Shown here piece by piece: positions 57,087 to 63,638 of a stretch of DNA of 63,638 nucleotides. Location: positions 1 to 63,638 of the forward strand of contig DAKS01000047.1 of the NCBI GenBank assembly GCA_002499195.1. The letters are read 5' to 3'. The notes below the pieces were generated by a model that did not search any database, was not told the DNA's origin, and worked only from the letters and a program-made list of their open reading frames with translations. A program made the position numbers and the translations under genes. The DNA is from Euryarchaeota archaeon UBA443. GTDB taxonomy: Archaea; Thermoplasmatota; Poseidoniia; Poseidoniales; Poseidoniaceae. Numbering within the stretch: the stretch's first letter is position 1; the number at the start of each line of letters is the position of its first letter.

Positions 57087-59555
57087 CTAACGCTGGAACA
57101 ATTGCTCAGAAGAACACGATGGACAGATTACAATCGCTTCCTTAATGCCGATTGGCATTGGAACTTGGAATTGGAGAGAACAATTGGAACAAGTTCCCTT
57201 TAGCATATTGACATTTTCGGACACCTGCGGAGATGCTTCATGTACGATTTCGTTCTCTTCATCGGAAGGGGTATCCAATTGCTGAGGTAATTCAATACCC
57301 GAAGAAGTAGGCTTTGTTGACGATTGAGTGGATTGCGGTTGCATCAAATCTTCAACTTCTTCGACTTTAGATTGTGGCGCAGGTGCTTTAGGTTCATCTT
57401 CAAAGAACAATGCGGCTGCCTCACTCGCTGCTTGGCTTGAAGCCTGTGAGAGTTGCATTTGAGGAGCAAACTGTGCTTGTGGTGCCATCTCAGGCTCATT
57501 CGCTGACCCGTAGATCGATTGAAGCTCGGCTTCCTTGCGAGCGATTTCTTGTTCCTGTTGGGATACGACATCCGTACCAACTTCAAGACCAGCGATTTGG
57601 ATTGCCTTTGCAAATAGAGGAAGTCGTTGCGTTTGTTTAACCATCGACATATGAGCTAAGGCTTCATTTTCTGGCAACCCCCTGTCGGTGAGGAGTTTCA
57701 AAGCGATGGTGGTCTGCCAACGCCGATAACCGATAAGAGCGATAGACATCGTGGCAACACCTGCAAAGATAATGATCGCAAAAATAGTATAATCCGCTTC
57801 AACGACTTCAGCCTCACTTACAATAACTGAGAACGTATGACTATCGGTATTATTGGAAGTATCGAATACAGTGACAATGACAGTATTTGTTCCAACGGAA
57901 TCAAACACGATGTCGACTCTTGAACCGATGTAATCTGGATCATCAAGCGGATTCCCATTCTCATCTGTATCTTCAAGTGGATTTAAGTCCCAATGAAATC
58001 GAAGGTCTGTATTTACGTCATAACCATCGGATGCAGTGATACTGAATGTCGTTATCTCACCCTCTATAGCTTGATTTTCAAACGCTCCAAGCAGAGGAGG
58101 GTCAAGACTCGGAACTGTTGAGTCCGTGACGATAATTTGAACAGACGTCGATTGACTGTTTCCACTAGGGTCGAGGACGATTAATCCAACTTCATGCGTA
58201 CCAATTTCTGACCAATTGAAGGATGCTGTCGTTTGTTGACCATATGGACTTCCGTCTACGGACCAAGAGCATGCTGCAACCTGATGATTGTCGGTACTTG
58301 TCGCACATGAGAGCGTCATTGTTTCACCATGTTCTATTTGCCAAACACCCGAAATAAGAGTTGCAGAAGAAGATGATGTACCTGTAATTCTAGCGACTGG
58401 ATTCGTTGCATCTACTACGCTGATGTTGGTTTGTGAGCTGTCAAATCCAAGCACACCGGATACGGTTAAAGTGACTGTTTTTTCGCCTGGTATCGCCCAA
58501 GAAGATGATGCCATAACGCCGACTGCGTCGACATCATTGATGGCATCACCATCGTTGTTGGAATCGACAGATGCATCGAAATCCCAAACATATTGAGAGA
58601 TCTGTCCAAGATTGTTCGGTGATAATGATGCATCAAAATTCAACGCTGTATTGAGTACTACGGATTGATTTTCTGCAGTGAACGATGCCTGCATGACCGG
58701 GACTAGTTCGACACGAATTGTAATTCGAAGATTGGTTGAACCATCGCCTTGCCCATCGGGGTCATCGGTATTGTCAACTACGAGTTTGAGTGGTTGGTCA
58801 GCAAAGGCAGCGGAAACAATCCAATTGAATGATGCAGTACCATCTACACCGAGCAGAGAAGCTCCTGTAAGAGCTACATTGGATTGTCCAGCGAGATAGT
58901 TTGCATTCATCGATTCTGTTTGAAGATAAACATCGCCCATACCTTCGAGAGACCAAGCAGTCACCGATACTGCCGTACCCTCTTCCAATCGCAGGTCATC
59001 GCCCTCGAGTAAGGTCAAGTGTCCGTTTGGAATAATTCCAACAAGGTCGTGATAAGAAGTCCATTGTCCATCTGTTAGTTTGGTAATTGAAATCGAAACA
59101 CGACCAAGATCACCTCCTTGATCACCGTTTGCTTGATCGCCATCATGAGCGAGATTATCGACCACTATGGTCCATGATTTTTCTGAGATTGATAACGGAA
59201 CCTTCCAATGGAATTCGTAGGAACCATTCGCAAACTCTGTGGAGGGTATTTGTTGGTAAGACGAACGATACGACTGTCCCAACAGATACGGTTGAAGCCC
59301 TGCATCATCAAAAACAAGGACATCGAGTGCATCATCAATAACAAGAATAGTAATCTCATAAACGTCACCAGGAGTCAGTAAACCGAGTGAAAGTTCAACA
59401 CATTCACCATCATCCACGGGTACCTGTGAAGCAAATGTTGTTGCCGATTCGGAACTACAGGACGGTGCTGCTCTCGCGGAAGTACCGGAAGCAAGTGGAA
59501 GAAGTGGCACACACAACATGATGATGAGAACTGCAAAGACTTTTCTCGAATGCAT
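57087..59555 (-). CDS. PKD-domain surface protein with TM and C-terminal zinc ribbon
   Basis: FDAS.S..., YVWDFD, CSWSVDG, FHWD PKD motifs; TM; CSNC..CPSC. Confidence 0.8.
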   Translation of the reverse strand: MHSRKVFAVLIIMLCVPLLPLASGTSARAAPSCSSESATTFASQVPVDDGECVELSLGLLTPGDVYEITILVIDDALDVLVFDDAGLQPYLLGQSYRSSYQQIPSTEFANGSYEFHWKVPLSISEKSWTIVVDNLAHDGDQANGDQGGDLGRVSISITKLTDGQWTSYHDLVGIIPNGHLTLLEGDDLRLEEGTAVSVTAWSLEGMGDVYLQTESMNANYLAGQSNVALTGASLLGVDGTASFNWIVSAAFADQPLKLVVDNTDDPDGQGDGSTNLRITIRVELVPVMQASFTAENQSVVLNTALNFDASLSPNNLGQISQYVWDFDASVDSNNDGDAINDVDAVGVMASSSWAIPGEKTVTLTVSGVLGFDSSQTNISVVDATNPVARITGTSSSSATLISGVWQIEHGETMTLSCATSTDNHQVAACSWSVDGSPYGQQTTASFNWSEIGTHEVGLIVLDPSGNSQSTSVQIIVTDSTVPSLDPPLLGAFENQAIEGEITTFSITASDGYDVNTDLRFHWDLNPLEDTDENGNPLDDPDYIGSRVDIVFDSVGTNTVIVTVFDTSNNTDSHTFSVIVSEAEVVEADYTIFAIIIFAGVATMSIALIGYRRWQTTIALKLLTDRGLPENEALAHMSMVKQTQRLPLFAKAIQIAGLEVGTDVVSQQEQEIARKEAELQSIYGSANEPEMAPQAQFAPQMQLSQASSQAASEAAALFFEDEPKAPAPQSKVEEVEDLMQPQSTQSSTKPTSSGIELPQQLDTPSDEENEIVHEASPQVSENVNMLKGTCSNCSLQFQVPMPIGIKEAIVICPSCSSEQLFQR

Positions 59556-59580
59556 ATCCTTCCCTTCATTTCATACTCTT

Positions 59581-60729
59581 TCAATGATGCGATAAATTGT
59601 GTTGAGTCCAACCACTCTCCGATGCTTTGAGGATAATTGCATTTCCATTCTCATCAATACGGACTCTGTCACCATCGTTAGCCGATGCAAGACCACAGGT
59701 TTGGCCCAATACTTCTGTTGCTTCTATAATGGCTTCTTCAGCATCGCGGAGTCGCGCTGAAAAGTGTGTAATGATGAGGTTGTCAGCCTTGCAGCCCACC
59801 GCAGTACGTGCCGCCCCTGCAGCAGTGCTATGGAGGTAAGCATCCGCCTTATCGGCTGCATCATTGAGGAACGTAGCCTCATGAACCAGAACAGTAACTG
59901 GGGCAACTGGTTGGATTGATTGTTCCGCTGTATCTCCAGAAATAACCACGCTCATTGCCGGTTTTGACGCTCCACGAAACTGAGATGCTCGGAGAACTTC
60001 TCCATTCTTTTGCTCAATATCTATGCCTTCTGAGAGCGTTTTGCGCTCCTCTTGGGATAAGCCAGCAAGCGCTGCTTTATCTCGATCGAACGTACCCTTA
60101 CGCTCCCTTCGGGAAAGTTGCCAAGCGCATGATGGAACACTATGATGAGTTGGAATAGAATCCATTCGGAAGGTGTTGAAGGCATCCGGCTGAGGCATTG
60201 AATCATGCCATATTAGTTCGGATGCATCATCGATGAACTCAACCCAACGTCCAGACCGAGGTTCTCCTAGCATCCATCGTATCTCATAGCCAAGATGAGT
60301 CGATGTTCCTCCAAGCGTAAACCAAGACCGATATTGATTAAGCAATTCAGCTGATGCTGTGTTTAGAGGGACGGTTGCATCAATGCCATCGGTTTTGAGA
60401 GTGTCGAGAATTTCTGGAGATGTTGGCCCATAGACAATCAGTGGTTGTTGACGGCCATCGAGAGAGAGTGTTTGTAGGAATGGTAACAGGCCCCAAGTAT
60501 GATCTAAATGTCCATGGGTTAAGGCTACTGCAACAATCCGATTGGGGCGTAGTAGCGCGGGTTCATCTTCACGTTTCATACGACTACGTTGCTTTGAATA
60601 GCGCACCTGAAATCCTTCACCTGCATCGATGATGACAAGACCTTCCTGACATGCGAATACACTTCCACTAACACTTCTGGTGGAAGTTGGACGCGCAGAT
60701 GCGGTTCCTAGAATATGGAGTTCCATCAT
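59581..60729 (-). CDS. rnz: Ribonuclease Z (tRNA 3' processing, MBL fold)
   Basis: ILGT, DAGEG.Q, THGHLDH..GL, SGDT, HEATF, HST, THFS. Confidence 0.9.
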   Translation of the reverse strand: MMELHILGTASARPTSTRSVSGSVFACQEGLVIIDAGEGFQVRYSKQRSRMKREDEPALLRPNRIVAVALTHGHLDHTWGLLPFLQTLSLDGRQQPLIVYGPTSPEILDTLKTDGIDATVPLNTASAELLNQYRSWFTLGGTSTHLGYEIRWMLGEPRSGRWVEFIDDASELIWHDSMPQPDAFNTFRMDSIPTHHSVPSCAWQLSRRERKGTFDRDKAALAGLSQEERKTLSEGIDIEQKNGEVLRASQFRGASKPAMSVVISGDTAEQSIQPVAPVTVLVHEATFLNDAADKADAYLHSTAAGAARTAVGCKADNLIITHFSARLRDAEEAIIEATEVLGQTCGLASANDGDRVRIDENGNAIILKASESGWTQHNLSHH

Positions 60730-60738
60730 ATCATCACC

Positions 60739-60996
60739 TCATCCACGAGGGATTGGTGCCGGAGGAAACCATCGAAGAATGACCACATCACCGACTGAAC
60801 GAACCCATCGCCACGGAACTGCAACATGAATAGAACCTTCAACGAGATCATCCGGTGTTTCCGTTACGAAGAGATGGGTGCATGAAAGGCTTGCATGTTC
60901 AACGACTGCATCGTGAACAACGCCTAGCCGTCTTCCGTTTGGAAGATAAACCTGAAGCCCAGATAAGTGTGATAAATTTCGCTCACCCTTGCTCAT
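60739..60996 (-). CDS. PRC-barrel domain protein
   Basis: LSGLQVY..NG..LG.V.D, VPWRWVRSVGDVVIL; GGAGGG SD. Confidence 0.8.
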   Translation of the reverse strand: MSKGERNLSHLSGLQVYLPNGRRLGVVHDAVVEHASLSCTHLFVTETPDDLVEGSIHVAVPWRWVRSVGDVVILRWFPPAPIPRG

Positions 60997-61053
60997 GCGT
61001 CGCCCTCCTTGGTTAAGGCAAGAAGAACAGGGACATCAAACAAACGCTTGATT

Positions 61054-61656
61054 TCACTTGCCTCGGTTGAGGTTTGCCTTGAGAGAAGGTCGCAACTTTT
61101 CTGCGCCCTTACCCTTGTTGAATAGACCACGTCCTCGCTTTCCAGCAGAGGTCTTTCCTCGGTATGCACGGCCACGGTGACTGTTGTTACCATTCTCTTG
61201 GCAGAAGACACCGAGTTGCTTGTCGTTGATGATAGCAGGATGGTGTGTGTCGATGAGAATGACTTCGAAGAACTTGTGCTTTCCATCTTCGCCAACCCAA
61301 TAGGAGTTGAGAACCTCAAGGTTCGGGAAGTGACGTGCAACACGCTCTTCAGCAATTCGCTGCGTGTTCTTAGCCATCGTGATCTTTGAGATACCGGCCT
61401 TTGATGGCTTACGCTTCATGTGAATCTTACCCTTGCGAAGTCCACCACGGCGGACTCGGGTTCGGATTAGGACAACTCCTTGCTTGGCCTTGTATCCCAA
61501 ACGGCGAGCAGCATCGAGACGTGTTGGACGCTCGATACGGCAGTTGACAGGCTCGCGGCGCCACTGGGCCATTCGAGTCTGACGAAACATGTGCGGAAGA
61601 GCCTCTTTTGGCTTCTTCCAAGTTTCACGAACATAGTGATGGAGTCCTTTTGCCAT
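61054..61656 (-). CDS. rpl15e: 50S ribosomal protein L15e
   Basis: WRREP, PTRLDAARRLGYKAKQG, EVLNSYWVGEDG.HK.FEVI, RGRAYRGKTSAG. Confidence 0.97.
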   Translation of the reverse strand: MAKGLHHYVRETWKKPKEALPHMFRQTRMAQWRREPVNCRIERPTRLDAARRLGYKAKQGVVLIRTRVRRGGLRKGKIHMKRKPSKAGISKITMAKNTQRIAEERVARHFPNLEVLNSYWVGEDGKHKFFEVILIDTHHPAIINDKQLGVFCQENGNNSHRGRAYRGKTSAGKRGRGLFNKGKGAEKLRPSLKANLNRGK

Positions 61657-61741
61657 GGTAACACCTCAATGGAAGCAACTTGCCGACTTTGAACCCCTTT
61701 ATGAGTCTGTCCATCGCTGATAGTTCACGAAAACGTGTACT

Positions 61742-61846
61742 TCATTTGAAAACTTCAGACACACCGAGGTGGAAAAGTAAGGCATAAACTGACCAGATGG
61801 TCATTGGTATGATTATCATTAGTCCAAGGGTCGTTATCGGATCCAT
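61742..61846 (-). CDS. Putative 34-aa single-TM microprotein (MDPITTLGLMIIIPMTIWSVYALLFHLGVSEVFK)
   Basis: Hydrophobic core; occupies an otherwise empty gap; ATG 61846. Confidence 0.45.
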   Translation of the reverse strand: MDPITTLGLMIIIPMTIWSVYALLFHLGVSEVFK

Positions 61847-61908
61847 GGACGGGGATTGGCCTCTTGGATATCGAATCTTTTTGTTGAAAATATAGATTCC
61901 GTCATAAT

Positions 61909-62286
61909 CTATTGATTTTGAGTAGCGAGTCCTGCAGTTACAAGACTTCTCCAACCTCCCCAGAGGGAGTAGACGTTTGTATAGCCCATTCGAGTGAGTG
62001 ATTCCGCAGCAAGTGCAGAACGATATCCTCCTCCACAATACAACACGATTCGGGCATCATCAGCGATCGGGTGTTTTTCGATGTCCCTTTCGATCACACC
62101 TTTGCTCAGGTGAAGAGCTCCTTCAAAGCATCCAGCTTCGTATTCATGACGCTCACGTACATCGATGACAATGAGTCCATTACCATCGTTCAACATCGAC
62201 GAAAATTGGGTGATATCACATTCTTGTACAATCGAACGCGAACGTTCAACCGTTGCCAAAAATTTACGGCTGTGTTTCTTTCCCAT
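61909..62286 (-). CDS. Single-domain rhodanese (sulfurtransferase)
   Basis: IDVRE..EY..G...GA.H; active-site loop CGGGYRS; L.GG...W. Confidence 0.9.
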   Translation of the reverse strand: MGKKHSRKFLATVERSRSIVQECDITQFSSMLNDGNGLIVIDVRERHEYEAGCFEGALHLSKGVIERDIEKHPIADDARIVLYCGGGYRSALAAESLTRMGYTNVYSLWGGWRSLVTAGLATQNQ

Positions 62287-62371
62287 GCATCGAATGAATC
62301 GCTTTCCCATTTGAAAATATGTGCTCTCTTTGAAACACGACTTCAAATACGCGACACTCTAGTGTATCGCC

Positions 62372-62599
62372 ATGGAGTGCAATATCGGCCAGAAAGGGCG
62401 GCAGGTCCGACTTTACACTGGAATTATTGCAATCGTGTTTGGAATTGCGCTTGCGTTCCTCACTTATCTCAGTATCATTCCCGCAACACTGGGATGGTTT
62501 GCTATATTTGGTAGCATCTTTGGAGGCGCCTTCGCCATCTTCGAAGCACGCAAAGGCTGGTGCATTATTAGAGCCATCGGGATAAAAACGCCCCTGTGA
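62372..62599 (+). CDS. DUF2892/YgaP-like two-TM protein
   Basis: CNIG...R..R, two TMs, GWC..RAIGI.T. Confidence 0.7.
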   Translation: MECNIGQKGRQVRLYTGIIAIVFGIALAFLTYLSIIPATLGWFAIFGSIFGGAFAIFEARKGWCIIRAIGIKTPL

Positions 62600-62607
62600 T
62601 TCCTACG

Positions 62608-62769
62608 TTACCGCGTATTTGCTCCTAAGCCTTCTTGGGGAGCTGGTGCGTCTGAAATGATGTAATTTCCAGTGTAGACAAGGGAAGGAAATGCGAGTAT
62701 TGTGACGAGAAAAACAGCAATAAGACCAAAGTGACTCTTGGATAGAACCTGCTAGTCTCCTCGTTCCAT
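62608..62769 (-). pseudogene. Small TM-protein ORF with in-frame TAG at codon 6
   Basis: MERGD*QVLSKSHFGLIAVFLVTILAFPSLVYTGNYIISDAPAPQEGLGANTR; TTAAC box 25-30 bp upstream of the ATG. Confidence 0.45.
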
Positions 62770-62915
62770 AAAATGAATAGAAAATCGCAATTAGTTAATC
62801 TTCTTCCCCACTGCAAACAGTTGTGAGTAACTTGATGGTAGAATGAGGGCGCCAACAGGTATGGATTTATGCAATTGAGAGGTGAAATCATAATCAGACA
62901 TCGACTCGGTTGGCC

Positions 62916-63620
62916 ATGCCAGGCCAGATTCAAGGGTCCGAAGCGATTTTACATGCCCTTGAGCAAGATCATGACATCCAACTCATTCTGGTAGATCGTG
63001 AAAAGGATACTGAAGCACTGCGGAAAGAATGTACGAACCAAAATATCCCTCTCGAGGAAGGCTCGACCAATGACTTGTGGAGAATGTCAGCAAGTGGCCA
63101 CACAGATGCACTTGCCTTACTCGGAAGAGAACCTCTTGGTACACTTGAGGAAATCTTCGAACGGGGAGGTTCAATCTGGCTTCTCGATGGCGTCCAATAT
63201 CCAACAAATCTCGGATTTGGAATACGAACAATCGAAGTAAGCGGCGCTGATGCAGTCGTTCTCAACATCTCAAGAACGCATCAGGATCGACGAACCATTC
63301 GACGCTCAAGCATGCGAGCAGATCGATTCATTCCAGTCGTTTACAGCGATACAACTTCCATCATCAATGAAGCAAGGAAGAACAATTTCAGAATCATCGC
63401 AGCAGAAGATATTGGAACTGTTGAACCTTGGAATACAGGCCTTACAGGTAATGTGTTGTTTGTTGTTGGAGCTGAACGAGAAGGCGTCTCCCAAGAAGTA
63501 CTCGAAGCCTGCGATGAAATTGTACGATTGCCGATGGATGGATTTGTTCCATCCTACAATCTCCAAGTTGCCATTAGCGTTCTTGCAGTTGAAGCGTTAA
63601 GGCAGAGACAAGACCATTGA
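62916..63620 (+). CDS. TrmH/SpoU-family RNA methyltransferase
   Basis: LDGVQ.P.NLG..IRT, VVGAEREGVS, RLPM.G...SYNL. Confidence 0.9.
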   Translation: MPGQIQGSEAILHALEQDHDIQLILVDREKDTEALRKECTNQNIPLEEGSTNDLWRMSASGHTDALALLGREPLGTLEEIFERGGSIWLLDGVQYPTNLGFGIRTIEVSGADAVVLNISRTHQDRRTIRRSSMRADRFIPVVYSDTTSIINEARKNNFRIIAAEDIGTVEPWNTGLTGNVLFVVGAEREGVSQEVLEACDEIVRLPMDGFVPSYNLQVAISVLAVEALRQRQDH

Positions 63621-63638
63621 ACACTATCTCCATGGGTA

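Noticed and set aside
60993-61355. 120-aa ORF overlapping the 3' half of rpl15e
   Set aside because: Same-strand alternate frame of a highly conserved gene, with no recognisable motif
62625-62933. 102-aa minus-strand ORF in the gap before the SpoU gene
   Set aside because: Overlaps the SpoU start and has no motif; another frame gives a more protein-like TM sequence
1-63638. tRNA, rRNA, transposase, integrase or prophage genes
   Set aside because: No gap shows tRNA-like arms, and no mobile-element motifs were recognised in any ORF

Overview
Gene-dense archaeal chromosome segment. rpl15e, rps2, aIF-1A, Rio1, Dim2 and Taw1, an 11-subunit complex I-like nuo operon and many large TSP3/CARDB/PKD/S8 surface proteins point to Marine Group II Euryarchaeota (Ca. 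Poseidoniales); this assignment is inferred from gene content. I found no rRNA, tRNA, IS element or CRISPR array. Contents in order: Rieske oxygenase, membrane-anchored SGNH O-acetylesterase, MacB/FtsX-type ABC system, gmd, AlkB-like oxygenase, taw1, a ThiF/E1 + JAMM + small-protein unit, beta-oxidation fusion enzyme, three wHTH regulators, dus, rps2, solo Cas4-like nuclease with internal TM helices, ribosome biogenesis genes, nuoABCDHIJJKLMN, a 15 kb cluster of large surface proteins, rnz, rpl15e, rhodanese and a SpoU methylase. Best leads: (1) the E1-JAMM-small protein unit with no ubiquitin-like gene nearby; (2) a Tudor/SH3-like insertion between the two Fe-S motifs of NuoI in a complex lacking NuoEFG; (3) the Cas4-like nuclease split by about four TM helices; (4) two tandem paralogous microproteins missed by the ORF track; (5) a pentapeptide-repeat insertion in the ABC permease; (6) cytoplasmic zinc-ribbon tails recurring on surface proteins. 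All family calls come from motif recognition by eye; no searches were run.
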